From Planctomycetota bacterium (GTDB lineage Bacteria > Planctomycetota > B15-G4 > SIAN01): a stretch of DNA of 48,198 nucleotides. Below are positions 29,166 through 39,152 of the stretch, one piece after another. The position numbers and the translations under genes are program-made. The notes below the pieces were generated by a model. The model had not been told where the DNA came from, searched no databases, and saw only the letters and a list, made by a program, of their open reading frames with translations. Numbering within the stretch: position 1 is the first letter of the stretch; each line of letters opens with the position of its first letter. The stretch spans positions 1 to 48,198 of the forward strand of contig VGYY01000002.1 of the NCBI GenBank assembly GCA_016872815.1, in the 5' to 3' direction.

Positions 29166-30341
29166 GTGCTTCCCGAAGCCGCCGCCACCGCCGCCATCCG
29201 CGCCGACCGCACCGCGGGCCCCACGTCGCTCTACGTGCACGTGCCGTTCTGCATCCGCCGCTGCGCTTACTGCGATTTCGCCACGGCTCCCTACGACGCC
29301 GACAGCGCGAGGGCGTACGTCCCGCGGCTGCTGACCGAACTGGGTCGCGTGCCGCGCGACGCGCCGATGCGCACGGTCTACTTCGGCGGCGGGACGCCCA
29401 CGGCGCTCGAGGAGCGCGAGCTCGAACTCCTGCTCGCCGCGGTGCGCGACCGGATCGCGCCGCAACCCGGCTTCGAGTGGACCTGCGAGGCGAACCCGGA
29501 GTCGGTCACGCCGGCCAAGGCGGCGCTGCTGCGCGCGCACGGCGTCGACCGGGTGAGCCTTGGCGCGCAGTCGTTCCAGCCGTCGGTGCTGGCGGCACTC
29601 GGCCGCGACCACGCGCCCGACCACGTGTTTCGCGCGCTCGACGTGCTGCGCGCGGCCGGCTTCTCGCGCCTCACGCTCGACCTCATGTTCGCCGCACCCG
29701 GCGAGTCGGTCGCCGACCTCGAACGCGACCTGGCGACGCTGGACGCGCTGCGACTGGACCACGTGTCGGCCTATTGCCTCACCTACGAGACCGGGACGCC
29801 GCTGACCCGCATGCGCGCCGAGGGGCGGGTGACGCCGCAGGACGACGACGCCGAGCTGGTGCAGTACCGCCTCGTCCGCCAGCGCCTGGCCGCCGCCGGT
29901 CTCGCGCACTACGAGATCTCGAACTACGCCCGCCGAGGTGAGGAGTCGCGCCACAACCTGGTCTACTGGCGCGGCGAGGAGTACTTCGGCCTCGGTCTCG
30001 GCGCCGGCAGCTACGAGCACGGCACGCGCCGCACCACCACGCGCCTCCTGTCGCAGTACCTCGGCGATTGGGACGGCTCGCCGTGGCCGCCGCACGAGGC
30101 GGAGACGCTCGACCCGGCGGCGAAGGCGCGCGAGCGCGTCATCCTCGGACTGCGGCTGCGTGCCGGCATCGATCCGCACGAGTTCACCCGCGAGCGGGGG
30201 GGCGCGCTGGCCGACCTCTACCGCGACGACGAGCTCGAATCGCTGCGGCGCCGCGGACTCCTCGAGTCGCGCGAAGGCCGCCTCCGCCTCACCGACCGCG
30301 GCCTCGAGTTGGCGGACGAGGTCTTCGTCGAGCTGGTGTGA
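29166..30341 (+). CDS. hemW: Radical SAM heme chaperone HemW (HemN-like, oxygen-independent coproporphyrinogen oxidase family)
   Basis: LYVHVPFCIRRCAYCDF (CxxxCxxC)...VYFGGGTP...HNLVYW... Confidence 0.9.
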   Translation: MLPEAAATAAIRADRTAGPTSLYVHVPFCIRRCAYCDFATAPYDADSARAYVPRLLTELGRVPRDAPMRTVYFGGGTPTALEERELELLLAAVRDRIAPQPGFEWTCEANPESVTPAKAALLRAHGVDRVSLGAQSFQPSVLAALGRDHAPDHVFRALDVLRAAGFSRLTLDLMFAAPGESVADLERDLATLDALRLDHVSAYCLTYETGTPLTRMRAEGRVTPQDDDAELVQYRLVRQRLAAAGLAHYEISNYARRGEESRHNLVYWRGEEYFGLGLGAGSYEHGTRRTTTRLLSQYLGDWDGSPWPPHEAETLDPAAKARERVILGLRLRAGIDPHEFTRERGGALADLYRDDELESLRRRGLLESREGRLRLTDRGLELADEVFVELV

Positions 30342-30451
30342 GGACGGGTGGGCAGGGGGACGCCGCCCGGCCTCGCGCGCCGTCGTGTAACGACCGCCGC
30401 CGGCTCCGGAAGTAGCGCGGGACCCCTTTCTCCCCGCACCCGGAGTTTGTC

Positions 30452-30730
30452 ATGCATTCCTCGCTCGTCCCGCCGGCGCTGCTGCTGGTCGGCACGCAGA
30501 CGGCGGCCAACCCCTACAAGGGCGGCACGATCCTGGTCAACGCCGACATCACCGCGACCCTCTTCCCGCTCGACGCGGCAGGCGTGCTGCTGAGCGAGGA
30601 CGTGCCGTACGACGCCTCCCTCTGCTTCGCCGACTTCTACCTGCAGGTGCTCGAGGCCGACCCGTCCGCGGTGAAGAAGGTCTCGATGACGCCGGGCCTG
30701 CAGGTGCACGTCGGGCTCGACTTGTTCTGA
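30452..30730 (+). CDS. Small hypothetical protein (92 aa) with a hydrophobic N-terminus
   Basis: ATG start, almost all third positions G/C, and it does not overlap a better gene. No family recognised. Confidence 0.5.
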   Translation: MHSSLVPPALLLVGTQTAANPYKGGTILVNADITATLFPLDAAGVLLSEDVPYDASLCFADFYLQVLEADPSAVKKVSMTPGLQVHVGLDLF

Positions 30731-30922
30731 CGGTTTTCCTCGAACGGCCCGCACCGGCGGGCCCGGCGCCGCCCTCCCGCGGCGCTGCCGGAGGATCATG
30801 AGGCCCGGGGTCGCCGTACGCGCGGCGATCCCGGGCTGCTTCGTCTTCACGCGCCACCGGCCGCCGCGCGGGAGCACCGCTACGATCGCACGCCGTTTCC
30901 CGCGATCCGACGGAGCGCGCGC

Positions 30923-31846
30923 GTGGCCGCGAATCACCCCTTCGACCGCCTCGACGAGCTGTGCCGGAAGACCCGCTCGGCGGTCTGCGTCGGCCTCGAT
31001 CCGCACGATGCCCTCATGCCGCCCGACACCCGGGGGCGCGGTCTCCTGCTGCAGGTGCGCGACTACCTGCACGACGTGCTCGACGCGATCGCCGACGTGG
31101 TGCCGTGCGTCAAGCCGCAGATCGCCTTCTTCGAGGCGCTCGGGCCGGACGGCTACACGCTCTACTTCGAGATCGTGCGCGCCGCCCATCGTCGCGGCCT
31201 GTTCGTCGTCGGCGACATCAAGCGCGGCGACATCGGCACGACGGCGGCCGGCTACGCCAAGGGGCATCTCGGTCCCGACGACGGCTCGGCGGTCGACGCC
31301 GTGACGCTCAACCCCTACCTGGGCGTCGACGGGATCAAGCCGTTCCTCGAAGTGGGGCGGGCGAAGGGGCGCGGCGTCTTCGTGCTGGCGCGCACCTCGA
31401 ACCCGTCGGGCAAGGAGATCCAGGACGTCGGCGCGGCCGGCGCCGGCGTCGAGCAGAGCGAGGGGGCGCTCTACCGGCGCGTGGGCGCGCTGCTCGAGCA
31501 GTGGGGGGCGGCGTGCCGCGGCGCGCGCGGCTATTCCGACGTCGGCGCGGTGGTCGGCGCCACTCACCCCGACGAGGGCGCTCTGCTGCGCCGCGAGCTG
31601 CCGCACACCTGGTTCCTGGTGCCGGGCTACGGCGCGCAGGGCGGCACCGCCGCCGACGTCGCGCGCACCTTCGACGCGCAGGGCGGCGGCGCGATCGTCA
31701 ACTCCTCGCGCGCGATCGTCTTCGCCTGGAAGGAGCAGGAGAAGTCCGGTGGTGCCGCCCGCTGTGCCGAGCTCGCGCGCGCCGCCGCGATCGCGACGAC
31801 GGAGGCGATCCGTGCCGCTGTCGCGGCGCGCAAGGTCGCGAAGTAG
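30923..31846 (+). CDS. pyrF: Orotidine 5'-phosphate decarboxylase (long, type 2)
   Basis: SAVCVGLDP...VKPQIAFFEALG...VVGDIKRGDIGTTA...DAVTLNPYLG...VLARTSNP...PGYGAQGG. Confidence 0.9.
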   Translation: MAANHPFDRLDELCRKTRSAVCVGLDPHDALMPPDTRGRGLLLQVRDYLHDVLDAIADVVPCVKPQIAFFEALGPDGYTLYFEIVRAAHRRGLFVVGDIKRGDIGTTAAGYAKGHLGPDDGSAVDAVTLNPYLGVDGIKPFLEVGRAKGRGVFVLARTSNPSGKEIQDVGAAGAGVEQSEGALYRRVGALLEQWGAACRGARGYSDVGAVVGATHPDEGALLRRELPHTWFLVPGYGAQGGTAADVARTFDAQGGGAIVNSSRAIVFAWKEQEKSGGAARCAELARAAAIATTEAIRAAVAARKVAK

Positions 31847-31894
31847 CCGAAGCCGCCGCGCTGTTGCGTGGTCGGTGGCGGCTCGCGTCGGCGC

Positions 31895-32341
31895 TCAACC
31901 GCCGAAGCGGTACTCGCGGCCGTACGCGGCGATCTCGACGCGGTCCGCGCGATGGGGGGCGCCCGGCGCGGCGAGACGCGCGCCGAGCTGCGCCACGATC
32001 TGCTCGTGCCACTTGGCCTTGAGGTGGAAGGCGATCACCGTCAACTCCGGTCGGCCGAGCTTCTCGAGCTCCTCGACGAAGAGGCGCGGCGTCAGGTGGC
32101 CGACCTTGCGGGCGAGCTCCTCGCGATCGTCCGGGAACGAGAGCTCGAGGAACGCGGCGCGCAGCCGCGGCGTCGCGCCGCTCGTCGATCACGTTCTCGA
32201 GGAAGATCGGCAGCAGCCCGGTGTGGTCGGCGTGCGCATGGGTGAGGAAGACGTCGCGAACCCGCGCCTGCTCGACCGGCGTCCGCATCAGCCCGAGCGC
32301 GCCGGCGCCTGCGGCGAGCTCTGCAACAGCTCGATCTTCAT
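31895..32341 (-). pseudogene. Decayed MBL-fold class-II 3',5'-cyclic-nucleotide phosphodiesterase-like gene
   Basis: Three frames hold consecutive pieces: MKIELLQ..., then AGAGALGLMRTPVEQARVRDVFLTHAHADHTGLLPIFLENVIDE (HxHxDH motif), then FLELSFPDDREELARKVGHLTPRLFVEELEKLGRPELTVIAFHLKAKWHEQIVAQL. Only about 150 codons remain where roughly 250 are expected, so there are at least two frameshifts plus internal deletions. Confidence 0.6.
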
Positions 32342-32417
32342 GGAGCCGTCTTCGACAGGCCGACCGCACCGGTCGAAGCGCCCCTGACGCGACTCCCTGC
32401 GGACGACGTCCGCCGGA

Positions 32418-34544
32418 TCACGACCCGTGGTTCGCCGCGGCGGCGCGCGCCGGCATCCGCCGGGTGCGCGCCCACTCGGCGAGGTCGCGGTCGAGCGGCT
32501 CGCTGGCGAGGAAGCGCGCGAACCAGTCGACGTGCGCACCGTAGTAGAACAGCATCTCCTGCCAGCCGGGCCAATGGCCGGCGTCGGGGAAGACGACCAG
32601 GCGCGACTCGACGCCGCGCTCCTGCAGCGCGGTGAAGTACTGCAGGCTCTGCGTGTAAGGCACCCGGTAGTCCTGCTCGCCGGTGATCACCAGCGCGGGC
32701 GTCCTGAAGTCGTGGACGAAGTTCGAGGGCGACCAGCGTTCGTACTGGTCGCTGTGCCACGGGACGCCGCCGAGATCGCGTTCCGGGAACCAGAGCTCCT
32801 CGGTCGCGCCGTAGAAGCTCCGCAGGTCGTAGAGGCCCATCATCGCGACCTGGCACTTGAAGCGGTCGGTGTGGCCCTGCATCCACATCATCATGTAGCC
32901 GCCGTACGACCAGCCCATCGCGCCGAGGCGGTCGCGATCGACCCAGGGCAGCTCGCAGAGCTGGTCGGTCACCTTCATCAGGTCGCGGTAGACGCGACCG
33001 CCCCAATCGCTGCCGATCGCGTCGCAGAACTCCTGGCCGTAGCCGGTCGAGCCGGTCGGATTGCAGAAGGCGACGATGCAGCCCTTGCCGGGATACACCT
33101 GCCAATCGCCGCGGAACGCGTCCTGGAACTGGCTCTGCGGGCCGCCATGGACGTTGAGGATCAGCGGGTACTTCTTCGCCGGATCGAAACCGTGCGGCGT
33201 GATCACGAAGGTGTGGACCTTGCTGCCCGGCACGTCGCCGTCGAGCCAGAGCTCCTGCGCCGGCCGCAGGTCGATCGCAGCCTCGAACGCGGCGTTGAAC
33301 CGCGTGAGCCGCGTCGGCGCCGTCGCGTCGGCGCGCTTCACGCAGAGCTCGTGCGGCTCGACGATGCCGCGCCGCGCGTAGACCAGCGAGCCGTGGTCGT
33401 CGAGCAGCTCGAAGCCGTCGATCGACGCGTGCGTGTGGACCTGCTTCGGCGCGCCGCCGCCGAGCGGGAGGCGGAAGAGCGGCGTGCGGCCGTGGTGCTC
33501 GGCCTGGAAGAAGAGGGCGGGCTCGTTCGCGGCGAAGCGGAGATCGAGCGCGTTCTGGTCGAAGCCGCCGCGTTCGGTGAGGTAGACGGTCCGCCGGCTC
33601 GAGAGCTCGAGCAGCGCGACGCGCTTCAGGTCGGACTCGTAGCCGGCGGTCTGCTGGCTGACGTACGCGATCGTCTTCCCATCCGGCGAGAAGAGCGGCA
33701 GGCCATCCCAGCCGTCGCAACCGTCGGTCAGGTTCACCGGCGCGTCGGGGCGGTCGAGCTCGACCAGGAACAGGTCGGAGTTGGTGGAGCTCGCCGGATC
33801 GGGATCGTGGTTCGACATGAAGACGAGCCGGCGGCCGTCGGGCGAGAAGTCGTAGGCGCGGCCGCCGCCGAGCACGAACGGCGGGCTGTCGAACGGCCCG
33901 GGCGTGAGGTCCCTCACGACTTCGCCGGTCCTCGCGTCGACCAGAAGGACATGGGCGACCTTGCCGTCCTCCCAGCTGCTCCAATGGCGGTAGAGCAGCG
34001 AGTCGTACATGCGGACGGCGAACTTGCCGGCGGCGATCGCGTCGTCGCGCGACTGCTGCGCCGCGGCGGCGCACGGCAGGTCGGGCCACACTTCACTGGT
34101 CACGGCGACGAAGCGCCCGTCGCGCGACTGCCGCGGCGCCGAGACCCCGCCCGGCCAGCGGGTGAGCTGGCGCGGCTCGCCGCCATCGACGGCCAGCGTC
34201 CAGAGCTGCTCGCTGCCGCTGCGGTTCGAGAGGAAGAGGAGCGCCGCGCCGTCCGGCGTCCACTGCGGATCGTGGTCGCCTTTCTGCGCGAACGTCAGCT
34301 GGCGCAGCCCCGCGCCGTCGACGCCGACCAGCCAGAGCTCGCTCCAGCTGGTGGCGGCCGCCACGTCGAATCGCTTCACCGCGAAAGCGACGCGGCGGCG
34401 GTCGGGCGCGAGCGCCGGTGCCTGCACTTGGGCGACGCCGTAGACGTCGGCCACGTCGAAGGCGCGGCGCCCTTCGGGCGCCGCCGTAGCGTCGGCTCCG
34501 AGCGTGGCGGCGGCCCACCCACAGCACCAAGTGGCAATCAGCAT
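32418..34544 (-). CDS. S9 family serine peptidase (beta-propeller plus alpha/beta hydrolase; acylaminoacyl/dipeptidyl peptidase-like), secreted
   Basis: N-terminal signal-like MLIATWCCGWAAATLGADA. Propeller-like repeats (SPDG...). Catalytic GWSYGGYMM motif and C-terminal ...TGEQDYRVP...HW. Confidence 0.9.
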   Translation of the reverse strand: MLIATWCCGWAAATLGADATAAPEGRRAFDVADVYGVAQVQAPALAPDRRRVAFAVKRFDVAAATSWSELWLVGVDGAGLRQLTFAQKGDHDPQWTPDGAALLFLSNRSGSEQLWTLAVDGGEPRQLTRWPGGVSAPRQSRDGRFVAVTSEVWPDLPCAAAAQQSRDDAIAAGKFAVRMYDSLLYRHWSSWEDGKVAHVLLVDARTGEVVRDLTPGPFDSPPFVLGGGRAYDFSPDGRRLVFMSNHDPDPASSTNSDLFLVELDRPDAPVNLTDGCDGWDGLPLFSPDGKTIAYVSQQTAGYESDLKRVALLELSSRRTVYLTERGGFDQNALDLRFAANEPALFFQAEHHGRTPLFRLPLGGGAPKQVHTHASIDGFELLDDHGSLVYARRGIVEPHELCVKRADATAPTRLTRFNAAFEAAIDLRPAQELWLDGDVPGSKVHTFVITPHGFDPAKKYPLILNVHGGPQSQFQDAFRGDWQVYPGKGCIVAFCNPTGSTGYGQEFCDAIGSDWGGRVYRDLMKVTDQLCELPWVDRDRLGAMGWSYGGYMMMWMQGHTDRFKCQVAMMGLYDLRSFYGATEELWFPERDLGGVPWHSDQYERWSPSNFVHDFRTPALVITGEQDYRVPYTQSLQYFTALQERGVESRLVVFPDAGHWPGWQEMLFYYGAHVDWFARFLASEPLDRDLAEWARTRRMPARAAAANHGS

Positions 34545-34659
34545 CGATGCGTCCTCACGTCGTCAGCCGGCAGCGGCACCGGCGCCAGGTCGAGCCCAAG
34601 GTACGCCGCGCGATCGCCGTCGCGACGGGATTCCGGATGGAGGGGTAACCTCGCCTGTC

Positions 34660-36051
34660 ATGTCGTCGCCGTCCACGGTTGCCGCGCTCGATCTCCCACC
34701 GGGAGCCAAGGTCGTAGTCACCGGCCAGCAGGTCGGACTGCTGACCGGACCGCTGTTGACCGTGCTCAAGGCAGCGCGGGCCATTTCGTACGCCGCCGAG
34801 GTCGCCTCGTCCCCGGCGACAGCGGCCGTCGTGCCCCTCTTCTGGGCTGCTGCCGACGATCACGACCTGGCCGAGGTGCACCACACCTACGCACTCAATG
34901 CTCAAGAAGAAGCACAGAAGTTCAGGATCGATCTCCCACTTGAATCAGCCGCTGCGAGTGAAGTTGAGATTCCGCCAGATTCCGCCAGGCGACTGCTGGA
35001 GGAGTTGTTCGCCGCGGCCGGGGTCGAGCCGGCGGCGTTCCCCCTCACGCCATTCCTGCCGGTGGGAGGGGACACCCTCGCCAGCTGGTTCTGTCGGGCG
35101 CTGCGCGCCGTGCTCGGCACCCATGCGCCCCGGATCGTGGTCCCGGCGCAGCTGAACCGAGCCGGCCGCTCCGTCTACGACCAGGCGTTGCGCGACGACG
35201 GCGCCATCCGCGATGCGCTCGCGGCCGGCGCGGCCGCCAATCAGGCCGCCGGCCTCGCGACACCGCTGCCGGTCGACGCCGACCCGCCACTGTTCGTGAT
35301 CGAGCGCACCGCCCGCTGGCGCGTCCGCCACGGATCGCGGAGCGGCGAATTCCGGGTCGGCGAGAAGACGCTGAGCCGGGCGGCGCTGCTCGATCTCGCG
35401 CACGACGGCACGCCGCGCCTCTCGGCCAACGTCGCGCTGCGGACCATCCTCCAGGCCGCGACGTTGCCCTGCATCGCCTACGTCGCCGGCCCGACCGAAC
35501 TCCTCTACTACCGGCAGCTCGAGCCGCTCCATCGCCTGTTCGCGGTCCCGTTCCCGACGCTGGTCCGTCGCCCCCATGCGACGTTGCTGACCACCGCTGC
35601 TGCCCGCGCCGCACGCAAGCTCAACCTCGAGCCCGACGCGCTCCGCGCCGCCCTCGATGCGCGCGCCGCCGCCGGGCCGGACCGCGCCGCGGCTGACCCG
35701 CTCCTCGCGCGCGGCGAGCAGTTGCGCGGCGAGGTCGCGGCATGGCTCGCGACGCTGCAGGAGGGCCGCCCCGCGCTGAAGAGCGCCACCGAGCGGCGTT
35801 CCACCCAACTGCTGCAGAGCTTCGACGGCGCGCTCGAACGGGCGCGCGCGACCCTCGCCGATGGCGCGCTCCACGCTGGCGCGCGCTGGTCGACGCTCGA
35901 GCGGTGCGTCCGCCCGCGCGGCCGCCCGCAGGAGCGCGTCCTCAACATCCTGCCGTTCCTCGCCGAGCGCGGCCCGGCGCTGATCGAGCAGCTCCTCGCC
36001 CTGCGCGGGGAACCGGGAGCGGACGGCGTCGTGCCCCACTCCGTCCTCTGA
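34660..36051 (+). CDS. bshC: Bacillithiol biosynthesis cysteine-adding enzyme BshC (short N-terminus)
   Basis: VVTGQQVGLLTGPLLTVLKA, VPLFWAAADDHDLAEV, NVALRTILQAATLPCIAYVAGPTELLYY and PQERVLNILPFLAERG parallel the conserved BshC blocks. The start is ATG 34660 with GGAGGGG upstream. Confidence 0.85.
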   Translation: MSSPSTVAALDLPPGAKVVVTGQQVGLLTGPLLTVLKAARAISYAAEVASSPATAAVVPLFWAAADDHDLAEVHHTYALNAQEEAQKFRIDLPLESAAASEVEIPPDSARRLLEELFAAAGVEPAAFPLTPFLPVGGDTLASWFCRALRAVLGTHAPRIVVPAQLNRAGRSVYDQALRDDGAIRDALAAGAAANQAAGLATPLPVDADPPLFVIERTARWRVRHGSRSGEFRVGEKTLSRAALLDLAHDGTPRLSANVALRTILQAATLPCIAYVAGPTELLYYRQLEPLHRLFAVPFPTLVRRPHATLLTTAAARAARKLNLEPDALRAALDARAAAGPDRAAADPLLARGEQLRGEVAAWLATLQEGRPALKSATERRSTQLLQSFDGALERARATLADGALHAGARWSTLERCVRPRGRPQERVLNILPFLAERGPALIEQLLALRGEPGADGVVPHSVL

Positions 36052-36083
36052 TCGCGTCCCTCTGCCCGCCGGAGTCCGTTGCC

Positions 36084-36812
36084 ATGGCCGATGTGCTCGC
36101 CTTCGGTGCCCACCCCGACGATCTCGAGATCGGCTGCGGCGGAACGCTCGCGCTGCTGGCGCAGCAGGGTCGCTCTGTGGTGATGGTCGACTTCACCCGC
36201 GGCGAGCTCGGCACGCGCGGCACCGTCGCCGAGCGGCGCGCCGAGGCCGCTGCCGCCGCCAAGGTGCTCGGCGCCGCCGCCCGCCTGAACCTCGAGCTGC
36301 CCGATGGCTTCCTGCCCTTCGCCGATCCGCAGAGCGGTCACTCCGCCCGCGAGCTCGCCGTCACCCGGGTCGTCGACCTGATCCGCGAGCAGCGCCCGCG
36401 CCTGCTGCTGGCCAACTTCCCGCGCGACGCCCATCCCGACCACGTCATCGTCGGCGATGTGGTGAAGCAGGCGCGCTACCTCGCCGGCCTGCGGAAGTTC
36501 CAGCCCGGCCGCGAACGCCACCGTCCCGCGCTCCTGCTCCACTACTTCGAGCATGAGCAGCACCCGCCCACCTGCGTGGTCGACATCTCGGCGGTGATCG
36601 AGCAGAAGCTGGCCGCCATCCGCTGCCACCGCTCGCAGCTGCACGACCCGACGCGCGCGGAACCGCAGACCGCGCTGTCGCGCCCCGATTTCGTCGAGCG
36701 GCGCGCCGCGCGCGACCGCTTCTTCGGCGCGCAGGCCGGCGTCGACTGGGCCGAGCCGTTCTTCACCGACGGCCCGCCGAAGATCGCCGATCCGATGAGC
36801 CTCTTGCCATGA
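36084..36812 (+). CDS. bshB: N-acetyl-alpha-D-glucosaminyl L-malate deacetylase BshB (PIG-L/LmbE family)
   Basis: MADVLAFGAHPDDLEIGCGGTLALLAQQG..VVMVDFTRGELGTRGTVAERRAEA...HPDH... Confidence 0.85.
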   Translation: MADVLAFGAHPDDLEIGCGGTLALLAQQGRSVVMVDFTRGELGTRGTVAERRAEAAAAAKVLGAAARLNLELPDGFLPFADPQSGHSARELAVTRVVDLIREQRPRLLLANFPRDAHPDHVIVGDVVKQARYLAGLRKFQPGRERHRPALLLHYFEHEQHPPTCVVDISAVIEQKLAAIRCHRSQLHDPTRAEPQTALSRPDFVERRAARDRFFGAQAGVDWAEPFFTDGPPKIADPMSLLP

Positions 36813-36819
36813 GGTGCGC

Positions 36820-37989
36820 ATGAACGCCGGCATCACCGACTTCCCGCTCAAGATCGGCATCGCCTGCTATCCGACGCATGGCGGGAGCGGCGTGCTGGCG
36901 ACGGAGCTCGGCGTGGCGCTGGCGGAGCGCGGCCATGAGGTCCACTTCCTCGCCTACAGCAAGCCGCCGCGCCTCTCGCGCTTCCACCCGCGCATCTTCT
37001 GCCATCTGGTCGAGGTGTCGGAGTACCCGCTGTTCAAGTACCCGCCCTACGACCTTGCGCTGGCGTCGAAGATGATCGAGGTGATCGAAGAGCGGCGCCT
37101 CGACGTGCTGCACGTCCACTACGCGATCCCGCACTCGATCAGCGCCTACCTCGCGCGCCAGCTGATGCCCGCGCGCCGCTTCGGCATCGTGACCACGCTG
37201 CACGGCACCGACATCACGCTGGTCGGCAGCGGCAACTCCTACCGCGACGTGACCCGCTTCGGCATCGAGCAGAGCGACGAGGTGATCGCCGTGTCCGACT
37301 GGCTGAAGAAGGAGACGCAGCGGATCTTCGGCGCGACCAAGGAGATCCAGGTCGTCCCGAACTTCGTCGACGTCGCGCGCTTCCGGCCGCGCGAGGGACG
37401 CGCGTCGCCGCTGCTGTGCGTCTGCGCCGAGGCGCCGATCGTGATGCACGTGTCGAACTTCCGGCCGGTGAAGCGGCTCGCCGACACGGTGCGCGCGTTC
37501 GCCGATGCGACCACCGGCAGCAAGGCGCAGCTGGTGCTGGTGGGCGACGGCCCCGAGCGCGCCGCCGCCGAAGCGCTCGTCGCCGAGCTCCATCTCGGGG
37601 AGCGGGTCCAGTTCCTCGGGCTGGTCGACGACGTCTCCGACCTGTTGCCGTTCGCCGACGTGCTGGTGGTGTCGAGCGAGAGCGAGAGCTTCGGCCTGGC
37701 GGCGCTCGAGGCGCACGCGTGCGGCGTGCCGGTGGTGGGCTACGACTCGGGCGGCATGCGCGAAGTCGTCGAGGACGACAAGAGCGGCTTCCTCGTCCGC
37801 TTCGGCGACGTGCCGGCGCTGGCGGCGCGACTGCGGGCGCTGCTGTCCGACGTGACGCTGCGCCGCGACTTCGGCGCCCGCGGCCGCGCGCGCGCGGTCG
37901 AGCAGTTCGACCTGGTGCGCCTGCTGTCGGTGCACGAGCGCGTCTACCACGCGGCGATCGCGCGGCGCGGCCAGGCCGCCCGCGCCTGA
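36820..37989 (+). CDS. bshA: N-acetyl-alpha-D-glucosaminyl L-malate synthase BshA (GT4 glycosyltransferase)
   Basis: LKIGIACYPTHGGSGVLATELGVALAERGHEVHF...EVSEYPLFKYPPYDLALASKM...LHVHYAIPHSISAYLARQ...IVTTLHGTDITLVG closely parallels BshA. The ATG at 36820 has GAGG 5 nt upstream; GTG 36814 is an alternative. Confidence 0.9.
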   Translation: MNAGITDFPLKIGIACYPTHGGSGVLATELGVALAERGHEVHFLAYSKPPRLSRFHPRIFCHLVEVSEYPLFKYPPYDLALASKMIEVIEERRLDVLHVHYAIPHSISAYLARQLMPARRFGIVTTLHGTDITLVGSGNSYRDVTRFGIEQSDEVIAVSDWLKKETQRIFGATKEIQVVPNFVDVARFRPREGRASPLLCVCAEAPIVMHVSNFRPVKRLADTVRAFADATTGSKAQLVLVGDGPERAAAEALVAELHLGERVQFLGLVDDVSDLLPFADVLVVSSESESFGLAALEAHACGVPVVGYDSGGMREVVEDDKSGFLVRFGDVPALAARLRALLSDVTLRRDFGARGRARAVEQFDLVRLLSVHERVYHAAIARRGQAARA

Positions 37990-38000
37990 GCGCCGCCATC

Positions 38001-39152
38001 GTGTCCGCCGACCGGCCGCTCTATTTCGACTGGGCCGCCACGGCACCGCTGCGCGATGAAGCGCGCGCCGCCTGGCTGGCGGCGAGCGAACCGGAGTTCG
38101 CCAACGCATCGAGCCTGCACCAGTGGGGACGCCGCGCCCGCGCCGAACTGCAGCGGGCGCGGCGCGGTTTCGCCGCGGCGCTCGGGTGCCAGCGCGATGA
38201 CCTCTTCTTCACCGGCAACGGCAGCGAGGCGAACCTGCTTGGCCTCGCCGGCGCCGTCCAGGCGCTCCTGCCGCACCGGCGCCATGTCCTCCTCTCCGCG
38301 GTGGAGCACCCGAGCGTGGTCGCCCCCCTCGAGCGGCTGGCGAAAGCCGGGGCGATCGAGCTCGAACGGGTGCCGGTCGACCGGCGCGGACGGGTTGATC
38401 CTGAGAGTTTGGAGGCGCGTTGCCGCCCGACGACCGGCCTGGTCGCGCTGCAGGCGGCGAACCACGAGATCGGGACGGTGCAGCCGGTCGCGGCGGTGGC
38501 CGCACGCCTGCGCCCACGCGGGGTGCTGCTGCACTGCGACGCGACGCAGGCTCTAGGGAAAATCCCGTGCACGCTGCCGGCTCTCGACTGCGACCTGCTG
38601 GTCGTTTCGCCGCACAAATTCGGCGGGCCGCGCGGCGTCGGCGTCCTCGCGCGCCGCGCCGGCGTGGCGCTGAGCACGCCGCTCTCTCCGGAACGGCAGG
38701 AGCAGGGGTTGCGCGGCGGCACGGAAGACGTGGCCACGATCGTCGCAGCCGCGGCGGCGTTGCACGCGACGCTGCGCGACCAGGATGAGGTCGCCCTGCG
38801 CCTGACCGCCCTGGCGCGTCGATTCGCAGCGCAGCTGACGACCGCGCTGCCCGACGTAACTCTCTATTCCGACGTCGAGTACGCGCTGCCGGGCCTGGTC
38901 AACTTCGCGCTGCCCGATCTGCGTGGCGACTGGTTGGTGACTGAACTCGATCGGCGCGGCGTTGCGGTCAGCCATGGCGCGGCCTGCGCCTCGCTGGCGG
39001 CCGTTCCGTCACCGGTCCTGCTGGCGATCGGCGCGTTGGAACTCGCCGCCAACGCGATCCGCGTCTCGATGGGACGTACGACGACCAGCGACGACGTCGA
39101 CCTGCTGGTGGCGCGCGTGGTCGCTGCAGTGGTTCAACTTCGTCATCGCTGA
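38001..39152 (+). CDS. Cysteine desulfurase family (class V PLP aminotransferase, NifS/IscS-like)
   Basis: LYFDWAATAPL...FTGNGSEANLL...SAVEHPSV...ANHEIGTVQP...HCDATQALGK...VSPHKFGGPRGVG...GGTEDV...SHGAACAS. The start is placed at GTG 38001. Confidence 0.85.
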   Translation: MSADRPLYFDWAATAPLRDEARAAWLAASEPEFANASSLHQWGRRARAELQRARRGFAAALGCQRDDLFFTGNGSEANLLGLAGAVQALLPHRRHVLLSAVEHPSVVAPLERLAKAGAIELERVPVDRRGRVDPESLEARCRPTTGLVALQAANHEIGTVQPVAAVAARLRPRGVLLHCDATQALGKIPCTLPALDCDLLVVSPHKFGGPRGVGVLARRAGVALSTPLSPERQEQGLRGGTEDVATIVAAAAALHATLRDQDEVALRLTALARRFAAQLTTALPDVTLYSDVEYALPGLVNFALPDLRGDWLVTELDRRGVAVSHGAACASLAAVPSPVLLAIGALELAANAIRVSMGRTTTSDDVDLLVARVVAAVVQLRHR

